From: Octopus sinensis
Taxonomy: Eukaryota
Direction: 5' to 3'
Assembly (NCBI RefSeq): GCF_006345805.1
Contig: NC_042997.1
Coordinates: 147,436,001-147,500,000 of the forward strand
Length of the DNA: 64,000 nucleotides
Made by a program: the position numbers and the translations under genes
The notes under the pieces: model-generated
What the model saw: only the letters and a program-made list of their open reading frames with translations
Told to the model about the DNA's origin: nothing
Database searches by the model: none
Part shown: one piece after another, positions 13,751 through 27,914 of the stretch
Layout of the letters: each line of letters starts with the position of its first letter
How positions within the stretch are numbered: position 1 is the stretch's first letter

Positions 13751-13950
13751 AGGTGGCGAGCTAACAGAATCGTTAGCATGCCGGACAAAATGCTTAGCGG
13801 TACATCTTCAGTTCAAATTCCGCCGAGGTCGATTGTGCCTTTCGTCTTTTTGGGGGTATATAAAATAAGTATCAGTCGAGGAATGGAGTCGATATAATCG
13901 ACTTACTCCTACCCTACAAAGTTGCTGGCCTTGTGCCAAAATCTGAAACG
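13751..13950 (+). mobile_element. tRNA-derived SINE (AAGGCGGCGAGCTGGCAGAA family)
   Basis: AGGTGGCGAGCTAACAGAATCGTTAGCA...TTCAAATTCCGCCGAGGTCGA...GGCCTTGTGCCAAAA; an older copy lies at ~13520-13740. Confidence 0.8.
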
Positions 13951-14000
13951 ATTATTTATAACTTATTTTTGCTGAGTTCCACCTTTAATAACAGTTTATA

Positions 14001-15273
14001 TCAGGTCATCCCATAAGTTCTGTCCGATTTTACCTTATTTAAAACTGAATGAAATTTAATAGTATTTTAGAATGCCTAATGAGATTAAAAATTATTTTTA
14101 TGCATTTGTGTACATTTAGACTAATTAAATATTATTATACAGGATAATAGAATTGAAATTTCTTTGATTAAAACCCTTTCTAACATGGAAGTATCCAAAG
14201 AGTATTTAAGGCACATAATAATTTATGAGTACAAAAAAAGGAAACTCTGCAGCCGAAGCGATTCGAAACATACACACTCAGTTTATGGGAAAGAATGCTT
14301 GAATGAGAGAACTTGCAGAAGATGGCTAGCAAAATTCAGAAGTGGAGATTTCAGCCTTGAAGATGAAGAGCGAACAGGACGTCCATTTGAGTTTGATGAT
14401 AATCTCTTTGAGGCATTACTTGAAGAAACTCCTGCATTATCAGTTGAAGAATTGGCAATAAAGCTTAGTTTAAACCATACAATTGTTCATCGTCATCTTC
14501 AACAACTTGGAAAGGTCCCTAAACTTGGAAAATGGGTGCCTCATGAATTGTCCGAAAGCAACCGCAAATCCCGAGTTGACATCTGCTCTTCTCTCGCGAA
14601 CTCATTTCACCCTTTTTAGATAGACATGTGACGAAAAATAGATCTTCTATCGAAATGTTAAACATCTAAACAGTAGCTTGGTAAAAGGGAAAAAGCTCAA
14701 CCACAACCGAGTAGGGAACTTCATGGGAAAAAAGTTCTTCTCTCTATCTGGTGGGATTGCAATGGAGTAATTCACTTTGAATTGTTACCACCTAATGCAA
14801 CAATCAGTGCTCAAGTCTACCTTCAGCAATTAGAGCGTTTGAATCAAGCTTTAAAGAAAAAAAACCCGCTTCAGTGAATCGAAAAGGAGTGATGTTTCAT
14901 CAGAACAATGCACGACCCCCACTGCAAAGATCACATCACAGAAGATCGAAGAGCTTGGTTGGGAAAAAATCCTCATCCACCTTATTCTCCTGACCTTGCT
15001 CCTTCAGAGTACCATTTGTTTCGTAGTTTACAGAATCCTTTGGGGGACATAACTTTCACAAGTCAGGAGGAGGTCGAAACTGACATTTCAGAGTTCTTAT
15101 CTTAGAACTCACAAGAGTTTTATATTGATAGGATTAAAAAGCTTGTAAATACAAGGAAGGAAGTCATAGATAATCAGGGAAAGTACATTGATGATTAAAT
15201 TTCAATTGAATATCACATTTGATCACTTGTTTTCTTTATTCAAAATTTGGACAGAACTTATGGGATGACCTGG
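14001..15273 (+). mobile_element. Full-length mariner transposon (1273 bp), inactive
   Basis: TIRs TCAGGTCATCCCATAAGTTCTGTCC / GGACAGAACTTATGGGATGACCTGG, TA target duplication on both sides. Confidence 0.95.
14185..15198 (+). pseudogene. Mariner transposase pseudogene
   Basis: HTH region (RTCRRWLAKFRSGDFSLEDEERTGRP), WVPHEL, HPPYSPDLAPSEYHLFRSLQ; several frameshifts and stops. Confidence 0.93.
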
Positions 15274-16532
15274 TATATCGAAGTTTCTAAATTCTTCAAA
15301 TGCAAACAATATATTAAATTTGTCCACAAGTGCTATAAAATATATCCATAGAGTTTAGGATTTCAATTCTTTAACATGTCATTAAACTCCTATATATTCT
15401 TGCTTCAATATAATATCAATGGCAGGAATGAATTTGCATAGAGTTAAAATTTACTAATACAAATATTCGAAACAGAATATTTATCAGAATAGAAATAAAG
15501 ACCTCAATGATATTTAAAAGTTTTGTTGTTATTTAATTTAAGCATATGAATGTGGATACGATGAGTAAGTCATTTCTTCAGGGACGGATTTTGACACATT
15601 TCAAAATTTATCCTTAATGAAACGACTTGAATATCACATTCAAATGCGTTAATTATATTATTAATTAGATAAAGATAATCTGGTTGTATATGTTTGCATT
15701 TAAAGCATGGAAATAAACGTAAAATATAACAATGGAAGTTTAAAATATCACCAAAACCTTGGTTTTCTCTTATTTCATACATACATATATGTGTATGTTT
15801 ACTTCAGCGTGAAGTGAAAATCGGTACGTACGAAAAGTAATATTCTACCATATTCGTTTCGGTTTAACATTTGTGTCTCTGCAACGTTTTATGATAGGGT
15901 AGAGATTTGAAATATTTTTGTAGTTTTCGGTTAACACATTTCTATTGTATAAGCTGAGAAATCAGTACAGAGCGTTTAGATGGTGAATCTCCTACCAGTG
16001 GACGTTGGTTTTCGATACAGGTATGCTACTTCTGCATTTTTCTTTTGCTTCAGATTAACAAAGTATGACAGTTTCTCATTGCTCTACTTCTTTGGAAGAA
16101 AAAGATTAAAGTCGCAAAGAATTCGTGGAGTCAGCAACGACATGCGTATCCTCATTGTGTTCTCTGAGTAGGTAGTTATAATTCACCTGTTTTAAAATCG
16201 GCAGCGGTTTTCAGAAATTTCATCGTTAAACATAGAAGTATTAGCCATTATTATTGAAATTGAAAACGAGAGAAATAATTTCTCTAAAACATAAACACCT
16301 CGAATAAGATCATAGTTCTTATTACAAATTATATAAAGTACACAGAAACTCACGCACGCACGCACACACACACACACACACATACACACACACACACACA
16401 GAGTATTTCTACGGATGTAAATGTCAATAAGCCTCTTCTTTCTTTCTTTCTTTTTCTCTCTTTCTTACTTAGAAATGGATACGTGGCGTTCAATCATATA
16501 ATAATATAAATAATATATATATATATATATAT

Positions 16533-17800
16533 GGCAGGGAAAAATTATAAAATGGCAGAATTGAAGGTAAATTTTAATGAAAATGGGTTTATGGAAAATT
16601 TAAAAAATAAAAAAAAATATATATATTAATTCAAAGGGGTTTTCGTCGCAATGCAACTTTTCAAGAATTGTAAGGTGAAAAGAAATTTTTTTTATAATTG
16701 AGGAGGGGAAAAATGAAAATCACATTGTTTTTTGCAAAAAAATAATAATAAGCATATACAAAAATTAAAAAATAGGTACACCGATACATTGTAAAATCTT
16801 TGTGTATCTCGAATTCAATGATAGTACTTGGAAAAATTACCTTGGAGGATTAAGATCCATGTGATTAAATCCATATGGTGTTTAATTTAGGATGTTTTTT
16901 AAATGAATGTCAAAGCAGGAAATGGGGTAGGAGTTATCCAGTTCTGTTGGGATTATCAATTTTTTTGTAAGATAGGATGTTAATAAACCTTAAATTATAA
17001 AATTATCATTTTAGCTTCATTTGCATTATCTTTTTTTATATAATTGTTTGCTAACTTAACATTCATATTTTAACACTATTTATATTGTTTTCTAATTATA
17101 TAGATTTACATAAACCAATTTATAATTTCATTTCAGATTGTTATGTCATATATAATAAAAATAATAATAATAACAACAAGAACAGCAACAACAACAACAA
17201 CAACAACAACAATGATAAATAAAGAATATAAGTTTTAGCTGTAAGTGATGACTGCATGATATCCTTATATATTTGTATTAGTCCATCTATGAAGAATGAG
17301 GTAGAAAAAAGAAGTATGATCATCGTGGAGTTTGCATATTAAGATGCGTTTTGAATTTTTCAATAAAAATATTCTCCTTGTAAATTCTTTCTTGTGTGGT
17401 GATTCCGTCTTTACATTAGTAGAAGAGGAATATATAAAATTTGGGATTTTTGTCTTTAGCGCACGTGGCTAGTTAGTGGAATTTGACGGTATTCTGGGAG
17501 ATTTATTTGTTCTTTATGGACCGCTACCCTTTTACGTAAAGGGAGGCTCGTTTGTCCAACATAATTATGTTGGCAAGCGGCGCATGTGAGAACGTAGTTA
17601 AGGTTGGTCTTGATTTTAAACTTTGTTCCTTGTTTGAAGATTTTTAATTTTTGTATATGTTTATTATATTTTTGCAAAAAACAATGTAATTTTCTTTTTC
17701 CCCCTCCTCAATTATAAAAAAAATTTCTTTTCACCTTACAATTCTTGAATATTTCCTTGCATATTATTTCTCCACGTGCGGTCAACACAACCCCACCATT
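16533..17800 (-). mobile_element. Penelope-like element fragment: GIY-YIG relic with inverted terminal segment
   Basis: Minus strand ~17645-17336: FKQGTKFKIKTNLNYVLTCAACQHNYVGQTSLPLRKRVAVHKEQI...RIYKENIFIEKFK with stops; 17641-17749 is an inverted copy of 16660-16773; (TA)n on both sides. Confidence 0.85.
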
Positions 17801-17940
17801 TATTGATTTATATATATACATATATATTATTTATATATATATATTATTTAATATATATATATATATATGTGTGTGTGTGTATATATACATACATATATGT
17901 ACATACTTACATATATATTTTTATACATATGCATATATGT

Positions 17941-18649
17941 GTACAGGACGTCATAAAACGTAAACAACATGAAATACGAAATACGAAAACATGGAATACG
18001 AACTTCTTTTGCGAACAACGACACAAAGAAATAGAAAACAAAACAAGTAATATAAAGAACGACCCTTCATCAGTTGTCGGCTGTTTTATCTACTCTATAG
18101 TTATCCAGTTGTCGGCTGTTTATAGTTATCCAGTTGTCGGCTGTTTTATCTACTCTATAGTTATCCAGTTCCTGTGAGTAAGGGGAGACAACTCCGTGGG
18201 TTTTATATAGTTCGAGCAATTACGACAAGATGTGCCTTCGAGAAAACAGTTGCTCCCGCAAAGCAAAATAAAATTTGGGATTTGCGGAGGGTCAAAGCTG
18301 GTAACAAAAAGAGGACAGTGAAAACAAACAAACGGTAAGGTCTGCTAAGCCATAACGAGGCGAGGTGGCGAACGCTGGAGGAACAAGCTTTGACAGGAGA
18401 AAATTTAGGAGAGGAGACAGACAAGAATGCATCTGATCTGTGTGACAAATCAAAAGGAAAGAAAGAAGCTCAAGTTTGGAAAAGAAATGATGGCCAATGG
18501 TCACGTGTGAGCAACGAGAGAGTAAAGGATGAAGAGTGAGAAAGAGAGAGGGACAGATAGAGAACGATGACGGGGAGAGAAAAAGAGAACATTGCAAAAT
18601 AGAGTCGCATCGAAATTATTAATTGGAAATGAATGCGTGGCGTTCAATC

Positions 18650-18650
<1 letters not shown>
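17941..18650 (-). mobile_element. Probable non-autonomous PLE-related terminal repeat
   Basis: ACAGGACGTCATAAAAC block is repeated at 18717-18790; GCGTGGCGTTCAATCATATAAT is shared with ~16480; minus-strand CTGATGA at 18067-18073; TAAGGGGAGACAACT at 18179-18193. Confidence 0.45.
18071..18170. repeat. Minisatellite, ~3 copies of CAGTTGTCGGCTGTT(TTATCTACTC)TATAGTTATC
   Basis: 35-bp, 25-bp and 35-bp units read directly. Confidence 0.9.
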
Positions 18651-18654
<4 letters not shown>

Positions 18655-18714
<60 letters not shown>

Positions 18715-19050
18715 GTACAGGACGTCATAAAACATAAACAACATGAAATACGAAAACATGGAATAAGAACTTTCTTTGCGAGGAGAGCGAGTGAGAGATG
18801 ACATATCACCCAATTTATATATATATATGTATATATATATATAAATATACGTATGTATTATATATATATATATATATATGCATATAAACATACGTATGTA
18901 TCATATATATATATGTATTATATATATATGCATATATGTATATATACACACACATATATATACGTATATATATATGTATACATAAATGTATATATATATG
19001 TGAGTATTTACATATGTATAGGTATATGTATGTATAAATAGATATGTGTG

Positions 19051-19090
<40 letters not shown>
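18655..19090. repeat. (TA)n / (TATG) low-complexity tract (interrupted at ~18715-18815)
   Basis: Direct reading. Confidence 0.9.
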
Positions 19091-19095
<5 letters not shown>

Positions 19096-19652
19096 GAACA
19101 AGACTATTTTCATTCCACCTTTTGTCAGTTGGTAATAAAACAACAAAAGAACATTGTGTTACGCTGATGTTCTGCTATAAGTATTTGAAAGATAAATGTG
19201 TAGGAAAACATTTTTCTATGCCTCAATATTTGATCAGTCTGAGTAAATCTGATCATGTTTGGCAATGATTCTCAAACGGTAAACGGGAAATGTTTTACAA
19301 CTTCGACAAAACGTGGCTAAAAACTGATTAATCGTCTCTGTTGAATAGCTCTCAGCCTTTTCTTCAAACGTTGTCCTCCCAGACTTTAAAAGACATACAT
19401 TAATCTTAATCGTTCTCTCGTATTTTCTGATTGTTATTTTTTTTGACTCGGTCCCAGCACTCGTCTGGCTGTATTCGTCCGATGGTCTGTTTGTCTCTCT
19501 CGCGGGCCCCTACGTCTCTCTGTTTACTTCTGTATCTATATGTATAAACAAATACATAAAACATACATATACACATTCGCAAACACCTATACGCACATAT
19601 ATATATAGACAACATTTAACTGCAACAGGGTATGTATATGTATGTGTGTACG

Positions 19653-19701
<49 letters not shown>

Positions 19702-19740
19702 CTTTCTCTGTCTCTCCTATCTTGATCTATCTATCTACAC

Positions 19741-19773
<33 letters not shown>

Positions 19774-20765
19774 TATATATGTATGCATGTGCACGCCTGT
19801 ATACGAACATATATGTGTATGTCTGTGTGTGTGTCTGTACACATGCATAAACTCGAACAAACCCCCAAAAAGTGCACACACACACATATATATTGTAATT
19901 TTTTGTGTATGTATGTGCGTGTGCGTGTGTGTGTGTGTGTGTGAGAGAGAGAGGTGGGGAGGGAGAGAGAGAGGGAATCTCTAACAGAGAAGACAGTAAT
20001 ACAGAGTACAGATAATGATAACAGTAAAAGCAGATACTAGCGAAGATCAAACTGTTATTGGAAGAATTGTAAATGTTTAAACTTTTTAAAGTGTTGCCTG
20101 TATCAACATAATCGCCAATGATTGAAAATTGTCCTTCCGCCAGTAATTGGACGGATCCGATTAGATTTTTTTTTTATTGTTGCTTCACTTCAACCCGCTC
20201 TTGATGTTTAATAAATAGTGTGACGCTTGCAAAATGCTGAAGGAAGAACGACAATTAGAACTTCTGACAATTTATAGTTTTCTAATTCCTCATCAATGTT
20301 GGTATTACAAAAATACTGAATCTTTTTCTACTACAACAGAAAAATAAATCAATATTTTCGTATTTCTCCTCTTCTTTCTCCACGAATGCCAGCAGTTGTT
20401 TCGAAGTCAAAAAATAACTTTGATCATACGAAGTAAACAAAGTGATAGATCAAATTATAATATAGATCGAATCATTTAATCATGTTTCGTTTTTATTGAA
20501 TCGAAACAAGTAAGATCTCACAACATTTATCGCTGTCTTTTAGCGTGTTACGTGGTAGAAACACTGGTTGAATTGTCGCTCGGTAGGGTAGTAGTTGCAA
20601 CTAATTGCCGTGAGCCCAGTGATCTGAATAATTTGTACGAGACTTCAGATGTTCTCTAGCCACCGCTTTGTCTTTAACATAAACGTCGTAGATTGGCTAT
20701 TTATTGTGAACAAAACTGCCCAACAAGCTTCTATGTAAATAAGAAATCTGCATTATAGTACTTAC

Positions 20766-20851
20766 TTTTCAGGTGTCGGCCAAGAGTCTCGTTCACGTCT
20801 CAGGCTATATGATGTAATAGTAGAGGTACTACGCGTTCTGTGGTATTTATA
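20766..20851 (-). promoter_or_regulatory. Candidate Pol II core promoter and 56-nt non-coding first exon
   Basis: Minus strand TATAAATA at 20851-20844, pyrimidine-A start CTCT-A-CT 30 nt downstream (20821), ATG-free exon ending AAA|GTAAGT at 20766/20765. Confidence 0.45.
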
Positions 20852-22529
20852 CACGCACGCCCTGTCTCTCTCTGCTTCTGTCTGTCTGTCGTTCCCTCTC
20901 GTTCCCTGCCCCTCCCCCTCTCTCTCTCCCACAAACACACCACACACACACACACATACACACACATAAGAAGAAAGAAACACAGACAAGTTAAATCTGC
21001 AGGACCAGAAAAAACTCAAGCACGGATATTCTTCTCTCATCAGCTCTCATCAGAGTTGTTCACTCTAGAGAGTGTCCGATAGCTTTATAACAGATGCTAT
21101 CCGAGAAAAATGTCTACTCCAGACCGGTAGGACGATGAGATTGTGTGACATCATATATGTTAAAACATATGAATATTTTGCAACAAATATGTAAGTCGAT
21201 GGAACTAGCAACCCGTTTATTTCTATGGCTAAAACAGGAAACTCTCTACGTAAACATGTATAGCGCAAAATGAATTGGCAGGTAATAGATCCAAGTTCGA
21301 AAAAGAAAGAGGCATCATTAGGTTGTATATTAGCATTAAGAGGAATCAGAAATAGTAGGAAAGGTTAAAATCAGTCAGTGAGGGAAAAGGTGAGAAAAAG
21401 GAGGACGAAATAGAAGTAGAAAAACGAAAAGATAGATAGATAGGGAGGGAGAGAGAGAGAGAGAGAGAAGGAGAGGGAGAGCGAGAAAGAAGATAAACGG
21501 AAGTTTTGGAGAATATGTCTGCTGGCAAATATAAAACATAAACGTGGGCAAGCTATTAGGTTGGTATTACGATCTAATAGAAGAAAAATTAAGAATTGAC
21601 AAAGGGTAAAATGATAAAGACAACCAAAAACACAAATATGAATACTTTTCGTTCCTCATCAACTGTTGTTCGAATCTCAAAGTAATTTCGGCACGTTGTC
21701 AATGAAGACGAGGTAATTTCATTTGTTGATTCCCACGTTGTACCTGGCTTCATCCTAAGACCGACAATCTCCGAATTTCTTGTTCTTGCTTTTGTACTTC
21801 GGGGATTTTCTATGCACAAGCTTTTAGAATAATTTTACTGTCACATATACAGCACCCAGACTGACTGCCTTGGATGCCGAGTTTTAAGGTCTTTCTTGTC
21901 TATAAGAAAACAGTTCTGGTATACTCTTGTGCTTTTGCAGCATCATGAGAATTTGTATGTCCCCATCCGATCACATGTCACAAACATCTGAAGTACATCT
22001 CTACTAAAAATCTACCCATATAATGTCACGAGGGTGACTGGTAACCGGGAGTCAACATCTGACAGCGACTCTTGTGTGTCCTCTTCTCAAAATACTGAGA
22101 AACTAGCAAACTGAGGTTCAATTTTGTTTTATACAAACAGTTTGTATATATTTGTGACTGTGCTTCATCGTATTTTTTTGTAACATTTTCCCCGTTGTAT
22201 TTATATTGTATAAATATAAATTCATTCAAATTATATATTATATAACGTCTTCCATCCCCACTGATCTTTGTATAATTTCTTCATTCCCTCCCTATACGTA
22301 TTTGTAAGCTTCCTGTTTAAAGTGCCTTTGTATTTTCTCTATATCATTTAATCTATTGTTGTTATTCTTGGTTTTGTCGTTTTCACATTTCTCATTGCTA
22401 AATCCGAATACCGAATCGAAAAAAAAAATTAGTTGAGTAAGTTATAAAACGACAATTTGTATCAAACTATAAATGCAAACGACACGTCGGTAGTAATGGC
22501 TGTGAAGTTGAATTGTATATATATATATA

Positions 22530-22578
<49 letters not shown>

Positions 22579-23078
22579 GAGTTGGTAGGAAGGGAATATT
22601 CAAACAATAAACAAACAATGCAAAAAGAAAACCCAGAAACACCAATAACAGCAAAATACAGTAAAACCGACGCATTAAAAGGAAAAGTAAAACGTCACTC
22701 ACAGCTGTAAGAAGAAAATCATCATGATCATGATCATCGTCATCAACAACAACACAATTATAGGTTAAATCTGATATGTGACCTGAGGTCTCGAAAAGGA
22801 AATAAATAAATAAATGAAAATAAACCAAATTTTTTTTCTTCTCGTCTCCATTTTAACATCTGATGTAATTTTCGATTTGTTTTAACTCACACGGCTTTTT
22901 TGGTTTTATTTTTCTGTTGTGACTTTTAAGTTTAGCTTTGTGTTTCTAAACTTTAAATAATGGTTTGTTCTCGTATTCCTGTTGGCTTGTTATACATTTA
23001 CCAAAGTGTTGACCCTCAGGCTTTAACTCAATCTGAAGTGGGTTTTTTTTTTTATTAAATATAAATTCTTTCATTGTC

Positions 23079-23460
23079 TTGTTATTGTTTTGTTTTTGTT
23101 CTTCCAACTTGAAAACAAATACGTATAACTATTGTTGTTGTTTTGTTGTTGTCGTCTATAGTGTTACCATTATTGTTAGACGTCATTGTCATCGTCGTGA
23201 TCATCTTCATCATCATCATCATGATCGTCTTCTTCATGAATATCATCGTCAGCCATATCCTCCTTATCCTCATCCTCATCCTCTTCATCTCTTTCAACAT
23301 CATCAGCTCCAGCTGCAGTTGCATCACCACCACCTACCTGCACCCCACACCACCTCACCATCACAGCTACAATTACCACCACCACAGCTACAATTACTAC
23401 CACCACCACCACCAATACCACCACTACAACTACCATTACCATCATCATCTTCATCACCAT
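23079..23460. repeat. Compound trinucleotide low-complexity tract (TTG/CAT/CAC/TAC)
   Basis: Direct reading; produces poly-His/Asp/Val ORFs on both strands. Confidence 0.9.
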
Positions 23461-23842
23461 TCGGAGAAGTGAGAGAAATAGTATTCATTTCAGTATCTTT
23501 AAGCTCTGGGTTCAAACCCTGCCAAGATTGACATTACACAGACTAGTAATCAAGGGAACTGAATCAGACGAATGAATGAATGAATGAATGAATGAATGAA
23601 TGAATGAGGGGATGGTTGAAAGGGTTACAAGCTTTTCAGATGCGGCCGATCTCTGTGAAACATCATCATCAGTTAACAAATTGAATAACGGTGTGTAGAG
23701 AACATATTAATTACTAACATTAGGTTCAATGTTCATCGTCACAATCCTTTTCAGGAGAGATCTGTTTGAATAAATTTGTTTTATAACAGTAACAACAACA
23801 ATAACCAAAACCATAATCACAGCAATATTCACAAGCGCAAAA

Positions 23843-24041
23843 AAGGCGACGAGCTGGCAGAACCGTTAGAACACCTGGCAAAATGCTTAACGATATTTCG
23901 TCTGTTTTTATGTTCTGAGTTCAAATTCCGCCGAGGTCTACTTTAGCTTTCATCATTTCGGATTCGATAAATGAAGTATCTAATCGACTGGCCCCCTCCC
24001 CCAGAATTTCGGGCCTTGTGCCTAGAGTAGAAAAGAATATT
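23843..24041 (+). mobile_element. SINE (AAGGCGGCGAGCTGG family)
   Basis: AAGGCGACGAGCTGGCAGAACCGTTAG...GTTCTGAGTTCAAATTCCGCCGAGGTC. Confidence 0.85.
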
Positions 24042-24135
24042 TACAAGCACAATAGTCACAACAGAAGCAAACACAACCACACCAACGAAAGTCACAACCA
24101 TACCAGCAATTACCATAATTACAACAACAACTGCT

Positions 24136-24627
24136 GTGGAGGCGTAATGGCCCAGTGGTTAGGGCAGCGCACTCGCGGTCGTAAATACGCGGTTTTGATT
24201 CCCAGACCGGGCATTGTGGGTGTTTATTGAGCAAAAACACCTAAACTCCACGAAGCTCCAGCGGGGGGTAGTGGTGAACCCCGCTGTACTCTTTCACTAC
24301 AACTTTCTCTCACTGTTTCTTCCTACTTCTGCCACAAAGCAGAGGAACCATGGTGGTAAACTTTCAGATCCTAGTCTAGATTGCGAATCCTCTGTACCCC
24401 AGGATGGTTCAGCTCTCCACCCGTTAAAAGCTACCGTTTACGGAATGAGGATAACAACGTAGCCTTCGCGACAGTGCAACCGCCAGTCTATCGCGTGTGG
24501 TGGGGGGATCTTCAAGTAGCCACACGCATTCTCAGTAGCTTAGAGTAGGCTCGAATTAGAGATTATTCTTTGTGGCTATAACGTGAGTCCTGATTGGAAG
24601 AAGAAGAAGAAGAAGAAGAAGAAGAAA
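24136..24627 (+). mobile_element. Apparently complete tRNA-derived SINE with (GAA)n tail
   Basis: A-box TGGCCCAGTGG, B-box-like GGTTTTGATTCCC, body shared with 7652-7700, ends GATTGG(AAG)n. Confidence 0.7.
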
Positions 24628-24984
24628 ATAACTGCATGAACTTCCGCCACAACAACAATCTCTGTTACAACGATAGAAACAGTAAGAAATGTCTATGCCC
24701 CGCTCACAAATTGTGGTCGTGGGTTTCCTGATTCAACGTTAGAAAACATTACAATTAATTGATAGAATTATTTTCATGCTTAGTGTAGTTGACTGGAAAA
24801 ATCGTTAGACCATTGGACAAATTGTCTTGCGGTATATGTTCTAGTTCTTTATGTTCTGAGTTTAAATCTAAATCTATCGTTACCTTTCACTCTCTCAGGG
24901 TTAATGAAATAAAAGTTAAGTACTGAGGACGATGTAATGGACTACACCTTCCTCTCAAAATTACTAACCTTATAACTATATCGG

Positions 24985-25270
24985 TTTGAAATTTTGGCAC
25001 AAGGGCAGCAGTTTCAGGGGAGGTGTAAGTCAATTACAACGATCCCCAGTGTCCAGCTGGTACTTATTTTATCGATCACGAAAAGCAAAGGCGACCTGAG
25101 TGGAATTTGAAATAAGAACGTAAGACTGATGAAATACCGCTAAGCACTTTGCTCGGCTTGGCAACAACTCTGCCAGCTCACCGCGTTAACCTTCGCACTG
25201 GGGTCGATGTAATCGATTTACCCTCTCCCCCGAACTTGCTGGCCTTGTGCCAAAATTTGAAACCAATATC
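24985..25270 (-). mobile_element. Two abutting SINE pieces (AAGGCGGCGAGC family)
   Basis: Plus strand TTGGCACAAGG...GGTACTTATTTTATCGA...CTGCCAGCTCACCGC. Confidence 0.75.
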
Positions 25271-25980
25271 AGAAATAATAGTTATTATGATTAGTTTTTA
25301 GAGTAGCACAATAGGTAGAATGAGAGACTAAACACAGAGCAATGTTTACTTAGACTCCTTTACAGTCTAAGTTCAAAACCTACTGGAATCAATGTTAATA
25401 TGCTGTTCTCTGGAAATTGTGATTTCGGAGAAATAAAACTAAAAAAAAAAGGAAAAAAAAAACTAATGCAGGGGGATTTGAACACAGAACGGTGTTGTCT
25501 AAATTTACTACTTTCAGCTTGTTCCGACTGGTGCCCTTTTGTTTCTTAAGGTTCTCGCATTGTGTGAAGGATAAAATGAAAATAAATGTTGTATTTTATG
25601 CCTACGGAAGGAATCAATGGGGCTTGAAAATATGTCTGTTGCTGTTTTTACAACAACAACAACATCATCGACATCATCATCATTCTTATCATCATCGTCA
25701 ACAACAACTGACACTACTATTATGGTGCTTACTTTTTATATGCATCTTATACAATGTCCTTCACGTAATTTTGGCGATATCACTGATTCAAATATATATA
25801 CATACACACATACATGTGTGTGTGTATGTACGTATGTATATATGCATTTATGCATGTATGCATCTGAGCATGTATATATATATACACATACAAGTATGTG
25901 CTTTTATGCTTATACATGTATCTGCACATACGTCTCTCCCTATATACATATATGAATACCTTCATTCCTCTCGCTCTCTC

Positions 25981-26036
<56 letters not shown>

Positions 26037-27019
26037 GCATATACATTACTTGGCCACTAATGCATCACTTCCTTATTCGTGGTGTTGGCAAAGGTTTTAA
26101 AGAAATGCTAGAAATTCCAGGGAATCGAAATCTTGACACTTCGTGACATTAAATATAACTACTATTATATATTTCTAGCTTTTTTTTCCTGAACTCAACT
26201 GACATTTGAGCAAATGCTATAGAAATATCTATTCCTCTGTATTCTTGTAGATGAAAGACATTGAATAAAATAAATGAATGATAAAAAAGAGACACAAAAA
26301 AAAAATTGCCGAGATAAACATCCAGTTTTATGAAAGGGGAAAACTAAAAGCATGAGTGTTTTAAGTACATGAAATGTTGATATATCATCTAAATGTGAAA
26401 CAAGGTAAAAAAAAAACACATATATACAAATACGATAAAGCATTCAACATTATTGTGGCTTAAAAATATATATATAAATATATATCAATAAAAACCATGA
26501 TTCTATAAAACTCATTGGAAATATTTCAGTGTCATGCTGAAATATCATTATTAGCACTTTAAGAAGGTTAACACTGCACAGAAGTTGTAAACTGCTTAAG
26601 ATTTTTGTAAAAGCAACCGAGTTTCGATTCACTCAGGTGGTACATGCATGTGCCTTTATTTCGTTTATGCTTTCTTGCAAACCGGTTGTTTTGTGTCATC
26701 TTAGGAAATACGCATTAAATTTCTTTACTTTAATGTACCCGAGGTCAAATTCAACGTCATTTACATTTCGCATTTCATATCATAGAATATAATGTTGTAA
26801 TATAGATATGGAGTTAATATACTTTATGCTTATTTCTTATTGTTCAGTGAAAATGAAATATAGATAAAATAGTTATATTTGAAATTTTTTCATAACCTGC
26901 GGAGATGATAACGATAGAAGTGAATTAGAGATTTTGCATTTTCAATTCACAATGGTAGTTCTACAAGTGTGCACATTTTTAAAAGGCGTGTTGAATTAAT
27001 CCATTACCAGTGATATTAG

Positions 27020-27320
27020 CTTCGAATTTTGACACAAGGTCAGCAATTTCGAGAGATGGGGTAAGTTGGTTACATCAACCCTAGTGTTCAAATAGTACTT
27101 ATTTTATTGATTCCGAAAGGACAAGAGGCAAAGTCGACCTCGGCGGAAGACGAATTCAGAACGTAAAGACGGAAGAAATGTCTGTAAGCATTTTGTCCGG
27201 CGTGCCAAATATTCTGCCACTTTGCCGGCATTGCTAGTTTAGATTTTGTTTCTTTTCTTTTCTATTATAGGCACAAAGCCTGAAATTTGCGGGGAGGGAA
27301 CTAATCGATTAGATCAACCC
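27020..27320 (-). mobile_element. SINE (AAGGCGGCGAGC family) plus tail fragment
   Basis: GGCAAAGTCGACCTCGGCGGAA...CAGAACGTAAAGACGG. Confidence 0.75.
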
Positions 27321-27830
27321 CCAGAGCAAATATCATTTGTACATATCACATATGTAATAACCTTCACAACACTCAATACTGCTAGCCAACGACATCTGTA
27401 GTTCACACTGCAGACTTGATTGTTGTAGTTTAATTTCAGTTTAACCCTGATCAGCAATGCTCAGTCCATTTTGTTAGTTACACGGTGTATATCTAGAACT
27501 ACATACGTCAATGTACCCCTCTTCTAGGGAGAGTTGACTGCTACTTTTAGCTGGTAATTAGAGCATGAACATGGTCTTCCTTTCTCTCATGCGGGCAGTT
27601 TTATATACATTTATCTTTTACTTGTTTCAGTCACTGAACTGCGGTCATACTAAAACTCCGCCTTGAAAAGCTTAGTCGAGGAAATAGACACTTTGTACTC
27701 ATTTTAAAGTTTGATACTTATTCTATCGATACTCTTTACCGACCCACTTGGTTGCGGGATGCAAACAAATCCGTTGTCAAGCAGTGGGAGGACAGAAACA
27801 CATAAGCACATGCATGCATATATATATATG

Positions 27831-27911
<81 letters not shown>

Positions 27912-27914
27912 GTC

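Noticed and set aside
15980-16171. 63-aa ORF with an apparent donor/acceptor pair
   Set aside because: The implied intron is only ~38 nt and the peptide is unrecognisable.
23079-23531. His-, Asp- and Val-rich ORFs resembling metal-binding proteins
   Set aside because: Overlapping ORFs in several frames on both strands of a trinucleotide tract; no splice or start context.
24136-24215. tRNA-like sequence
   Set aside because: It has A/B boxes but no complete cloverleaf and continues into a SINE body.
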